Of a DNA stretch of 64,000 nucleotides, positions 56,068-62,887 are shown one piece after another. The notes beneath the pieces are model-generated. The model saw only the letters and a program-made list of their open reading frames with translations, ran no database searches and was not told where the DNA came from. Origin of the DNA: a virus; the IMG/VR virus record IMGVR_UViG_3300017749_000005, positions 1-64,000 of that record, one strand, 5' to 3'. The position numbers and the translations under genes were made by a program. Each line of letters opens with the position of its first letter. Position 1 is the stretch's first letter.

Positions 56068-56108
56068 GTCAGAGAGTTTGCCTTATGGCTGCTCTCTGCT
56101 ATTTTCTA
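56068..56108 (+). terminator. Candidate intrinsic terminator
   Basis: CAGAGAG-N16-CTCTCTG, with an inner GCC/GGC pair, followed by CTATTTTCT. It lies 9 nt after the stop of 55817..56059. Confidence 0.5.
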
Positions 56109-56144
56109 TTAAATAATATATCCACTTTTTAAATAAATAAAACT

Positions 56145-56384
56145 ATGACTTTTAATAAACTACAATCACTAGTTCCTAATACTGAATTACACTATATATC
56201 TGACTCAGATGAGTTTTTCTCTGATAATAATCTTAATATGGAAAACTATAAACAATATAAATATATTCTATTCGAGTATACTATAGATAATATGAGTGAG
56301 ACTATTAACTCACTAGATTATAATAATATAAATTATAAAATAGAAACTGATGATTTTGACTTAGACTACATTTTAATAAAATAA
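56145..56384 (+). CDS. Early acidic 79-aa protein
   Basis: D/E/N/Y-rich with no Arg. No motif. Confidence 0.55.
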   Translation: MTFNKLQSLVPNTELHYISDSDEFFSDNNLNMENYKQYKYILFEYTIDNMSETINSLDYNNINYKIETDDFDLDYILIK

Positions 56385-56386
56385 AT

Positions 56387-56506
56387 ATGAATGATTTTCC
56401 TTATGGTGATTTCCTAGTAGAACTAATGCTAGCAAATACCAAATTTACCTTAGAAGAAATAAATGAGATGACTAGAGATGAAATTAACATGCACTTAGGT
56501 TATTAG
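56387..56506 (+). CDS. 39-aa ORF MNDFPYGDFLVELMLANTKFTLEEINEMTRDEINMHLGY
   Basis: Below the track cutoff. It starts 3 nt after the upstream stop and has non-low-complexity composition. Confidence 0.4.
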   Translation: MNDFPYGDFLVELMLANTKFTLEEINEMTRDEINMHLGY

Positions 56507-56517
56507 TTTTATAAAAT

Positions 56518-56542
56518 AAATACTGATAGCATTGGATAATAT
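56518..56542 (+). promoter_or_regulatory. Bipartite promoter-like motif P6: AAATACTG-ATAGCATT-GGATAATAT
   Basis: Same architecture, with the upstream TTTTATAAAAT. Confidence 0.6.
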
Positions 56543-56579
56543 ATATAAATAAATTTTAAACATTTAAACATTTACTACT

Positions 56580-56720
56580 ATGCCTAAAAAATATAACACC
56601 ATAAAAATTATATCACCTAAAAAAATACTCCTTAATAACATTGCTTTTATTAAAATCAATTCCACTCTCGAGTATAAATCTTTCATCACTTATAAAAATA
56701 ATCACTATGCGCAAGCATAG
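56580..56720 (+). CDS. 46-aa ORF MPKKYNTIKIISPKKILLNNIAFIKINSTLEYKSFITYKNNHYAQA
   Basis: It is the first ATG ORF after P6, 37 nt downstream. Below the track cutoff. Confidence 0.35.
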   Translation: MPKKYNTIKIISPKKILLNNIAFIKINSTLEYKSFITYKNNHYAQA

Positions 56721-56739
56721 TTTTTAAACTAACAGAACT

Positions 56740-57012
56740 ATGATTAAATCACTAGCGCTAGCAGCAATGCTATACACCCCACAGGTAGACTCTGTTTCAA
56801 CTGAAGTATATATGTCATCACTTGAAATGATAAGTGATATGGCAAAAGATATTAGTCATAAAAACTTTGTTAAGTCAGAAATAATAATAACACTAGAAGA
56901 CTTATCTGAGTGGATGAGAAATGATATAGATAATGAAACTATAGATCCTCGCTTAGCAGAAATATACATTAATAATTTTAACAAACTAATTAAACAAGTA
57001 AAAGAATTATGA
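56740..57012 (+). CDS. Early 90-aa protein with hydrophobic N-terminus
   Basis: The start MIKSLALAAMLYTP is signal-like. The rest is acidic and helical. Confidence 0.55.
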   Translation: MIKSLALAAMLYTPQVDSVSTEVYMSSLEMISDMAKDISHKNFVKSEIIITLEDLSEWMRNDIDNETIDPRLAEIYINNFNKLIKQVKEL

Positions 57013-57134
57013 AGCAAAATAAATACTATCACCCAGTAACAAAAGTAGAGATGTCAAGAAAAGACTACATGGAACTTATGTTTGGCAAAGAGTTTATGAA
57101 CTCTAAAGATAAAGGTACCTTAAAAGAATATTAA
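57009..57134 (+). CDS. 41-aa ORF (MKQNKYYHPVTKVEMSRKDYMELMFGKEFMNSKDKGTLKEY)
   Basis: It has an ATGA overlap with the upstream stop. Below the track cutoff. Confidence 0.4.
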   Translation: MKQNKYYHPVTKVEMSRKDYMELMFGKEFMNSKDKGTLKEY

Positions 57135-57136
57135 TT

Positions 57137-57307
57137 ATGCAACTAACTGAAAAAGAAAAAGATGTACTAGAATCAGTACTATACTATGCTAAAGAAAACT
57201 ACTATGTTCTTTGGCATGCAGGTGAGATGAAAACTAAGAGGTATGAAGAATATGCACTAGCCATAGAATCAATTAAAAAGAAGATATGGACAAGTGAAGA
57301 TGACTAA
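57137..57307 (+). CDS. 56-aa ORF (MQLTEKEKDVLESVLYYAKENYYVLWHAGEMKTKRYEEYALAIESIKKKIWTSEDD)
   Basis: It starts 3 nt after the upstream stop. Below the track cutoff. Confidence 0.45.
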   Translation: MQLTEKEKDVLESVLYYAKENYYVLWHAGEMKTKRYEEYALAIESIKKKIWTSEDD

Positions 57308-57315
57308 TATAATTC

Positions 57316-57340
57316 AAATACGAATGACTATGGATAATAT
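57316..57340 (+). promoter_or_regulatory. Bipartite promoter-like motif P7: AAATACGA-ATGACTAT-GGATAATAT
   Basis: Same architecture. The ATG of the next gene lies exactly 4 nt after the motif. Confidence 0.65.
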
Positions 57341-57344
57341 AAAT

Positions 57345-57494
57345 ATGAAAAATAAAAAATCAAATATTTTTGTAACTAATTTTGGTATGCTTACGCACTT
57401 ACTAAGCGATGGCTATTATTATGGAATAGTAGGTGTAAAAGCTAAATCTCAAGACAAGTACAATGCAGAAATTAAATTTAAATATGGAAAATAA
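57345..57494 (+). CDS. 49-aa early protein (MKNKKSNIFVTNFGMLTHLLSDGYYYGIVGVKAKSQDKYNAEIKFKYGK)
   Basis: The track ORF 57294..57494 is trimmed because its 5' part is the P7 motif itself (MDNINM is an artefact also seen at 60107 and 58077). Confidence 0.5.
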   Translation: MKNKKSNIFVTNFGMLTHLLSDGYYYGIVGVKAKSQDKYNAEIKFKYGK

Positions 57495-57726
57495 AATAGA
57501 AATACCCGCAGAACATTGGCAAAAGCTTTCAGCAGAGATACGAGAAGCAGTAGAATTGTTTCTTGAAGATGTAGCAGATAATATAAATGACTATGAACCA
57601 GACTACATACTCAGTGACAAAGGTCAAGTTGCTATACACAACATCAACTTCGGCAGTCAAGCAGACGAGTTACTAATAGATAACATACTAAACAACTACT
57701 TTAAATTAAAAGAACATGATAAATAA
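57484..57726 (+). CDS. Early protein, family C (ADNINDYEPD domain; paralogue of 58277..58654)
   Basis: Trimmed to MENKIEIP. LEDVADNINDYEPDYILSDKGQVAIHNI aligns with LDSTADNINDYEPDFEIGYNNEVSISNI. Confidence 0.55.
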   Translation: MENKIEIPAEHWQKLSAEIREAVELFLEDVADNINDYEPDYILSDKGQVAIHNINFGSQADELLIDNILNNYFKLKEHDK

Positions 57727-57883
57727 GGTTGAGCATTCAGAGTGTATAGACGCACTTGACTACTTGTCAGGTTTTATATGTGAAATGACAAGAGATAAAA
57801 AACACTACGTTACAATATTAATGAAGCGAGTGGCAAATGAGTATAATATTAAACTAGAATTTGACGAAGATGAAAAGATATAA
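57716..57883 (+). CDS. 55-aa ORF (MINKVEHSECIDALDYLSGFICEMTRDKKHYVTILMKRVANEYNIKLEFDEDEKI)
   Basis: It overlaps the upstream stop by 11 nt and fills an otherwise empty 140-nt stretch. Below the track cutoff. Confidence 0.45.
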   Translation: MINKVEHSECIDALDYLSGFICEMTRDKKHYVTILMKRVANEYNIKLEFDEDEKI

Positions 57884-58064
57884 TGTAGAACTACGACCTC
57901 ACACAGATGATGGTGATTATCACGAAGAAGATTATGAGTTTGACGACCTTGAAGAAGCAATTGCTTTTTCTAAGAAAAATAGAATTGATTTATATGCACT
58001 AACAGACTATGGCTCAGAAGGTAAAACTTATGATCCAAGAGATATAACTCACAAAATAAAATAA
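57870..58064 (+). CDS. 64-aa acidic early protein
   Basis: Trimmed to the ATG at 57870 (MKRYNVELRPHTDDGDYHEEDYEFDDLEE...). Confidence 0.5.
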   Translation: MKRYNVELRPHTDDGDYHEEDYEFDDLEEAIAFSKKNRIDLYALTDYGSEGKTYDPRDITHKIK

Positions 58065-58087
58065 ATACGAAACACTTTGGATAATAT
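58063..58087 (+). promoter_or_regulatory. Bipartite promoter-like motif P8: AAATACGA-AACACTTT-GGATAATAT
   Basis: It overlaps the stop of the upstream gene. The ATG of the next gene lies exactly 4 nt after the motif. Confidence 0.65.
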
Positions 58088-58091
58088 ATAT

Positions 58092-58274
58092 ATGAATAAA
58101 TTAACACATTTCCAAAAGCTTATGTTAACTGAATGTATAAACAGTCATTTAACTAAATTACATGATGATGTAGTAGAGTATCACGAGCAATATCCTGATA
58201 AGAATCTACTCATTGGTCCTAAATTTTACCTACAAGAAAGAGATGAAATACTACGTAAACTTAAATTAGATTAA
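58092..58274 (+). CDS. 60-aa early protein (MNKLTHFQKLMLTECINSHL...)
   Basis: Trimmed from the track ORF 58077..58274, whose first codons are the P8 motif. Confidence 0.5.
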   Translation: MNKLTHFQKLMLTECINSHLTKLHDDVVEYHEQYPDKNLLIGPKFYLQERDEILRKLKLD

Positions 58275-58276
58275 CT

Positions 58277-58654
58277 ATGAATAAACAAGAAATAGAAGAA
58301 AAGATCAAGGATCTTACTAGACAAATAGAATATAATAATACTGCTAACGAGCGAATGAGAAACCAAATAAATTCACTAAACGAAGATATTATGATACTAG
58401 AAAAACCTAAAATATTAGAAAGTGATCTTGAAATAATGATTCAAGATATAGCTGACATAGTGTCAACTATATTAGATTCAACAGCTGATAATATAAACGA
58501 CTACGAGCCTGATTTTGAAATAGGATATAACAATGAAGTTTCAATATCTAACATATGCTTAGACTATGATGCTACTGAAGATATTAAAACATATCTTCAA
58601 ACAAGATTTTATACAGTTGTACCTGACCAAACAACTGATGAAGATACTAAATAA
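58277..58654 (+). CDS. Early protein, family C (coiled-coil N-terminus plus ADNINDYEPD domain)
   Basis: 125 aa; see 57484..57726. Confidence 0.6.
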   Translation: MNKQEIEEKIKDLTRQIEYNNTANERMRNQINSLNEDIMILEKPKILESDLEIMIQDIADIVSTILDSTADNINDYEPDFEIGYNNEVSISNICLDYDATEDIKTYLQTRFYTVVPDQTTDEDTK

Positions 58655-58685
58655 TAAACTATTCATTAAAGAGTATTTATAATAT

Positions 58686-58710
58686 AAATACGATTACTTA
58701 CGGATAATAT
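58686..58710 (+). promoter_or_regulatory. Bipartite promoter-like motif P9: AAATACGA-TTACTTAC-GGATAATAT
   Basis: Same architecture, in an intergenic position. Confidence 0.65.
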
Positions 58711-58738
58711 ATATATAAACAAATAAATAAATAAACCT

Positions 58739-58969
58739 ATGGACACCACTACTTTAATTAACCTACTTAAGTCACATGATTGGTACTACCACTACAGTGA
58801 CGATCACAGCAAATGGATCAATGGCGTACAGTCACAGCGAGCTATCTATGACGCTATGGATGAACTCGGTAACACCGATGATGTAAAACAATTATATTAT
58901 GAGTATATGCCTAAGCATTTATTTGATAAAATAGAGAAGGCAAATGCTATACACGGCGAAATATTATGA
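58739..58969 (+). CDS. Early 76-aa protein
   Basis: A clean ORF 28 nt after P9. Confidence 0.55.
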   Translation: MDTTTLINLLKSHDWYYHYSDDHSKWINGVQSQRAIYDAMDELGNTDDVKQLYYEYMPKHLFDKIEKANAIHGEIL

Positions 58970-59055
58970 TTAGATTTGTAGGTACAATAGTACAAATACT
59001 ATATTTCTGTATGATAATAACACTTATTATATCAATATATAAATTCTTTTTTTAA
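58966..59055 (+). CDS. 29-aa hydrophobic peptide MIRFVGTIVQILYFCMIITLIISIYKFFF
   Basis: It has an ATGA overlap upstream and a TAATG overlap downstream, which suggests a translationally coupled micro-gene. Very short. Confidence 0.35.
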   Translation: MIRFVGTIVQILYFCMIITLIISIYKFFF

Positions 59056-59312
59056 TGATTAAACCTGAATGGCATTTTATGGAACGTGATAAAAGACTAA
59101 TAAGAATATACTCTGACATACAAGGTAGGTTGAGTATACTTCGCGAAGATCTAACAGTTGTAGACAATACACTAAAAAAACTGTTAGCTAATAAACCTAT
59201 ATATTTACAAGATATAAATACAGTACGTGATTTGCTAGGCGATGATTTGTCTGAAAGATTACAGAACTTAGTTGTAAGTGATGATTATCCACCTAATCCA
59301 AATAGAATATGA
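59055..59312 (+). CDS. Early 85-aa protein
   Basis: A clean ORF coupled on both sides. Confidence 0.55.
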   Translation: MIKPEWHFMERDKRLIRIYSDIQGRLSILREDLTVVDNTLKKLLANKPIYLQDINTVRDLLGDDLSERLQNLVVSDDYPPNPNRI

Positions 59313-59665
59313 AGCTGATAAAAGTTGTACCTAAAACTCAAGCTATGTACTATAGGTTAAAAGATAACCGCATAGGTGTGATATATCCTAACACAGGTTA
59401 TATCAGAGTAAGTCCTAGTTGGGTAAATGATCCTGACTACACTAAACATATGCAACCATATGCATTACAACGTAAGATAAACAACACTAAAAACTTAATC
59501 TTATATCAGATAAATCCTAAGAAAAAGATAACATCACCAAATGGTAATTATACTTACGTTAGGATATTGTTTGAAGACATATGGAAAATGCAACAATACT
59601 TAGAAGAATATGAAAACAAAAACTGTACTAAACAAACCGATGGAAGATATAAAACCATGCCTTGA
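59309..59665 (+). CDS. Early 118-aa protein
   Basis: It has an ATGA overlap with the upstream gene. No motif. Confidence 0.55.
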   Translation: MKLIKVVPKTQAMYYRLKDNRIGVIYPNTGYIRVSPSWVNDPDYTKHMQPYALQRKINNTKNLILYQINPKKKITSPNGNYTYVRILFEDIWKMQQYLEEYENKNCTKQTDGRYKTMP

Positions 59666-59975
59666 ATGTGGCAAAATGCATACTAGACGTAAATTCTGTT
59701 CACCATACTGTGGCTCTAAATACAGTGCTAAAAATAAAAGATTAGAAATGGGTGTAAACGATCCAGTTTTTGCAACAGCAAATATAAATGCTATCATTAA
59801 AGGTAGAGACACACCTATAGTAGACAACTCTTTTAATTTTATATTCTCAAACAAACTAGAAGATTGGTTAGGTAGTAAGAATAAATTAAGAAGAGATAAA
59901 TGGAGAGAAGCTAAAGTAAGACAGAAATTAAAAAAACAACAGCAAATAAATGGAGAAAACACCAAAACAAATTGA
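59640..59975 (+). CDS. Zinc-ribbon protein (CxxC...CxxxC) with basic C-terminus
   Basis: MEDIKPCLECGKMHTRRKFCSPYCGSKY. The start is ambiguous: ATG 59610 or 59640. Confidence 0.5.
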   Translation: MEDIKPCLECGKMHTRRKFCSPYCGSKYSAKNKRLEMGVNDPVFATANINAIIKGRDTPIVDNSFNFIFSNKLEDWLGSKNKLRRDKWREAKVRQKLKKQQQINGENTKTN

Positions 59976-60114
59976 TACAATATATTACAATGAACCTGAG
60001 TCAAGAGTTTGTAAGTATAATTTTGTTTTCTCTAATAAAATAAAAGATTGGATTTACGGTGCTCAAAGGATGAAGAATATTAAATACAAATCAAATACGA
60101 ACAAAGATGGATAA
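59950..60114 (+). CDS. 54-aa ORF sharing the F.FSNK[IL].DW motif with the preceding protein
   Basis: MEKTPKQIDTIYYNEPESRVCKYNFVFSNKIKDWIYGAQR... compares with FNFIFSNKLEDWLGSK in 59640..59975. It runs through P10. Below the track cutoff. Confidence 0.35.
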   Translation: MEKTPKQIDTIYYNEPESRVCKYNFVFSNKIKDWIYGAQRMKNIKYKSNTNKDG

Positions 60115-60117
60115 TAT
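60093..60117 (+). promoter_or_regulatory. Bipartite promoter-like motif P10: AAATACGA-ACAAAGAT-GGATAATAT
   Basis: Same architecture. The ATG of the next gene lies exactly 4 nt after the motif. Confidence 0.65.
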
Positions 60118-60121
60118 AAAT

Positions 60122-60304
60122 ATGAATGATGAAATCGAAATAAAAGTTAATAAGAGATTCATGGTAAATACTATTATACATTTATCCCTTGAATCAAATC
60201 ATATGTCACTTAGTAATGTACCAGATGTTAGAGAGTTATATGAGACTATGACCATAGATCAAGTTAAAGAAGATTTTGAACGTTTAAAAGCAATATATAA
60301 ATGA
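60122..60304 (+). CDS. 60-aa early protein (MNDEIEIKVNKRFMVNTIIHL...)
   Basis: Trimmed from 60107..60304, whose first codons are the P10 motif. Confidence 0.5.
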   Translation: MNDEIEIKVNKRFMVNTIIHLSLESNHMSLSNVPDVRELYETMTIDQVKEDFERLKAIYK

Positions 60305-60492
60305 GAACATTTAATAGATATAAAACAAATCTACGTATGCACGATGGTGATATATGGAGTTATAATACTAAAGTTGCTACAATATCTGATGGTAAGCTAA
60401 TTGTACCTAAGTGGTATTCAGTTACTACCAGCAAGCACGTTAACTATGCAGCACACCAATTAGGTTTACAAATCGTAAGAGAATATGAATAG
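60301..60492 (+). CDS. 63-aa early protein
   Basis: It has an ATGA overlap. The SYNTKVA...SVTTSKHVN pattern looks like a conserved small phage domain, but I cannot name it. Confidence 0.5.
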   Translation: MRTFNRYKTNLRMHDGDIWSYNTKVATISDGKLIVPKWYSVTTSKHVNYAAHQLGLQIVREYE

Positions 60493-60877
60493 CTTACAAC
60501 GACGGGTTTACGAAAAGCTTGAGCTTATAGTATATAAAAACCTAGATCAAGATCAACTAGACAGTTACAAAATATCATATGAAGTTATATATGGTATGAC
60601 TGCTTGTCAGTTGCCATGCTATACACTTAAAAACGCCACAGACTTCTCAATACACGAAAATTTATTCGTAGATAAAGATCTTTTTGATCAAAGAGTTGTA
60701 GATTTGTGCATAACATATTGGCCATTTAACCTTCACGTAGATACTAAAAAGCTACCTATAACTATAGCTGAGAATCAAAACCAAGGTTTAGATAATGGTT
60801 TATGTACTAAAATATTAAAGAAAATAGATAGTCTTGAAAACGACTATAATAACGATTCAATCAGAAGATTTTTATAG
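60485..60877 (+). CDS. 130-aa early protein
   Basis: A clean ORF overlapping the upstream gene by 8 nt. Confidence 0.55.
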   Translation: MNSLQRRVYEKLELIVYKNLDQDQLDSYKISYEVIYGMTACQLPCYTLKNATDFSIHENLFVDKDLFDQRVVDLCITYWPFNLHVDTKKLPITIAENQNQGLDNGLCTKILKKIDSLENDYNNDSIRRFL

Positions 60878-60913
60878 TACTATTTAGTAGTAGTGTTTAT
60901 TTAGTTAGTTAAC

Positions 60914-61001
60914 TGTAAGGTGGTGGAATTGGCAGACACGCTACCCTATCTCGGTAGTAGTAACATATGTTACTTTGGAGGTTCGAATCCTCCTCTTACA
61001 G
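60914..61001 (+). tRNA. Class-II (long variable arm) tRNA-like gene with a non-canonical anticodon loop
   Basis: Hand-folded cloverleaf. Acceptor stem TGTAAGG/TCTTACA. D arm GTG-GAATTGGCAGA-CAC (Leu-like). Anticodon stem CTACC/GGTAG with loop CTATCTC. Variable arm GTAAC-ATAT-GTTAC. T arm GGAGG-TTCGAAT-CCTCC. No CCA is encoded. Confidence 0.7.
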
Positions 61002-61019
61002 CAATTTAAATTAAAAGTT

Positions 61020-61127
61020 ATGGGATTATTAGCTTGGCAGTGTTGTCACTGTAATGCATTTAATGGAATATATAGAGTTAAATGTGGTAAATGTAATAAT
61101 AAAAAGAAAGTTAAAATGTTATTTTAA
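61020..61127 (+). CDS. 35-aa zinc-ribbon mini-protein MGLLAWQCCHCNAFNGIYRVKCGKCNNKKKVKMLF
   Basis: It has the CxxC-N10-CxxC pattern and ends 1 nt before the next ATG. Below the track cutoff. Confidence 0.45.
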   Translation: MGLLAWQCCHCNAFNGIYRVKCGKCNNKKKVKMLF

Positions 61128-61128
61128 T

Positions 61129-61308
61129 ATGGAAATTAAATTTATTTTATTCATTTACGGACTACTTATAATACTGATATTCAGTATGTTAGCTCTAAAC
61201 TGCTACAAAGACTGGGTAAATAAAAAGGAAAATTTTATTGACTTTGTGCTTTTTGCTGTGATAGATATTATTACCATCATAGCTTTCATAGCTCAATTTA
61301 TAAATTAA
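61129..61308 (+). CDS. 59-aa two-TM membrane protein
   Basis: Trimmed to MEIKFILFIYGLLIILIFSMLALN... The second helix is FVLFAVIDIITIIAFIAQFI. Confidence 0.5.
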   Translation: MEIKFILFIYGLLIILIFSMLALNCYKDWVNKKENFIDFVLFAVIDIITIIAFIAQFIN

Positions 61309-61331
61309 ATACGATTACTATAGGATAATAT
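61307..61331 (+). promoter_or_regulatory. Bipartite promoter-like motif P11: AAATACGA-TTACTATA-GGATAATAT
   Basis: Same architecture. It overlaps the stop of the membrane-protein gene. Confidence 0.65.
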
Positions 61332-61360
61332 ATTTATACAAACCAATTCAAATTTAAACC

Positions 61361-61732
61361 ATGGAAACCGAAGAAAAAGTAGCAGCCGTGCTCAATCATT
61401 ACGGAACAACAATCACACACGATTATAATGATCAAGGCAATACAGAATATGTAATGTATTCAGATATAACTAGAGATGGTTACGATTTATACGTAGCTAA
61501 ATTTAATGGCGAACCAAGTAATGGCGCTTTATATTTATCTGAGCATGTTTGCATGTATGACCATGACTTATGTCAAATACTTATACAAGAGATACGTAAA
61601 GAAGGTATTGAAATGTATATTGAGGATGATATATATGAAAAATGTCATTTTGATGATGTACTTCAAGATGAATTTTATTATCTACAAGATAATGATAAAG
61701 AGTTCTTAGATAAATATCCAATGGAAGATTAA
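61361..61732 (+). CDS. 123-aa strongly acidic early protein
   Basis: D/E/Y-rich throughout. No motif. Confidence 0.55.
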   Translation: METEEKVAAVLNHYGTTITHDYNDQGNTEYVMYSDITRDGYDLYVAKFNGEPSNGALYLSEHVCMYDHDLCQILIQEIRKEGIEMYIEDDIYEKCHFDDVLQDEFYYLQDNDKEFLDKYPMED

Positions 61733-61733
61733 T

Positions 61734-62033
61734 ATGACAGATAAAGAAAAACAAGAGATAGCAGATATTGTTATCAAAAAGATGCTTGAAGCTAAGCATA
61801 AGATGGATAAAGATTTATTTAATATAAATGATGTACTATTTACTTTACTAAATACGCAGTTGTCTCAGGAAGAGATTCTGGTTGGTGAATTAGCTAGGCT
61901 AATGACATTGATGAATTTATATGAAGACAAAGAAGAATATGAGAAGGCTGCTATAATTAAGAACAAGGTAGACAAGATCAATGATAAACTTGATCAAATT
62001 GAAGACGAAAAACGAAACAATGGTAATATCTAA
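61734..62033 (+). CDS. 99-aa coiled-coil protein
   Basis: Heptad-like, K/E/L-rich sequence. Confidence 0.55.
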   Translation: MTDKEKQEIADIVIKKMLEAKHKMDKDLFNINDVLFTLLNTQLSQEEILVGELARLMTLMNLYEDKEEYEKAAIIKNKVDKINDKLDQIEDEKRNNGNI

Positions 62034-62361
62034 AATATTAGGAATATTAATGGTTACAGCTACAGTATACAATGCTGTACCCGAACAAACAGATTCTACG
62101 CCCCTTATAACAGCCTCAGGCGCACGAATTGATGAAAGATGTCCTGAACAACACCGATGGGTTGCTGTTTCACAGGATATGTTAAAACGAGGTTATAAGT
62201 TTGGTATGTGTATCGAGGTATCAGGTGCAGGAGATTTAGATGGCACTTGGGAAATACAAGATGTAATGAACAAGAGATATACAGACTCAATAGATTTTCT
62301 TGTAGAAGATACTAGAAAATTAGGTAAGTGGAAAAACGTAAAGATTAAACTAATAAGCTAA
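62020..62361 (+). CDS. Signal-anchored 3D-domain (MltA/RlpA-like double-psi beta-barrel) muralytic protein
   Basis: Trimmed to MVISKILGILMVTATVYNAV. Then come PEQTDSTPLITASG, WVAVSQDML, and G.WEIQDVMNKRYTDSIDFLV, the Asp-containing 3D-domain pattern. Confidence 0.6.
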   Translation: MVISKILGILMVTATVYNAVPEQTDSTPLITASGARIDERCPEQHRWVAVSQDMLKRGYKFGMCIEVSGAGDLDGTWEIQDVMNKRYTDSIDFLVEDTRKLGKWKNVKIKLIS

Positions 62362-62369
62362 AATAAATT

Positions 62370-62394
62370 AAATACGAACACTACAGGATAATAT
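62370..62394 (+). promoter_or_regulatory. Bipartite promoter-like motif P12: AAATACGA-ACACTACA-GGATAATAT
   Basis: Same architecture. The ATG of the next gene lies exactly 4 nt after the motif. Confidence 0.65.
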
Positions 62395-62398
62395 TATT

Positions 62399-62887
62399 AT
62401 GAATATATTTTATTTAGACCGAGACCCAATAAAAGCCGCAAGACATCAATATAATAAACATGTTGTTAAGATGATCTTAGAATCAGCCCAGATGCTGTGT
62501 ACGGCTCACAGGATGCATATGTTGGATTATGAATGCCATCATATACCTTATAAAAAAGCACACGTCAATCATCCTTCTAGTATGTGGGCCAGACGATCAG
62601 CAGAGAATTATGCTTGGTTATACAGTCATATGATAGAGCTAGGTAAACAGTATACCATTAGGTATGGTAAAATACATAAGACAATCAAAGATTGTGAAAA
62701 AGTATTAAGTTATTTACCTGGAGGTATATTGTATACAGGTTTTGAGGATCCACCGCAGTGTATGCCTGATGAGTATAAAGATGAATGTACTGTTAAGGCA
62801 TATTGGAAATATTATGTCGGAGACAAAAAAAATGTAGCTAATCGTAATGAAACTGTTAAGACTGATATACCTAAACAGTATGTGTGA
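62399..62887 (+). CDS. 162-aa conserved-looking hypothetical protein
   Basis: The N-terminus MNIFYLDRDPIKAARHQYNKHVVKMILESAQMLCTAH and HVNHPSSMWARRSAENYAWL look like a widely distributed viral family that I recall but cannot confidently name. A distant DNA-glycosylase-like relationship is only a guess. Confidence 0.5.
   Translation: MNIFYLDRDPIKAARHQYNKHVVKMILESAQMLCTAHRMHMLDYECHHIPYKKAHVNHPSSMWARRSAENYAWLYSHMIELGKQYTIRYGKIHKTIKDCEKVLSYLPGGILYTGFEDPPQCMPDEYKDECTVKAYWKYYVGDKKNVANRNETVKTDIPKQYV

Noticed and set aside
59600-60004. 134-aa ORF on the - strand
   Set aside because: It lies antisense to tightly coupled + strand genes (59309.., 59640.., 59950..). Its composition is Phe/Leu/Cys-rich, as expected from reading AT-rich coding DNA backwards.
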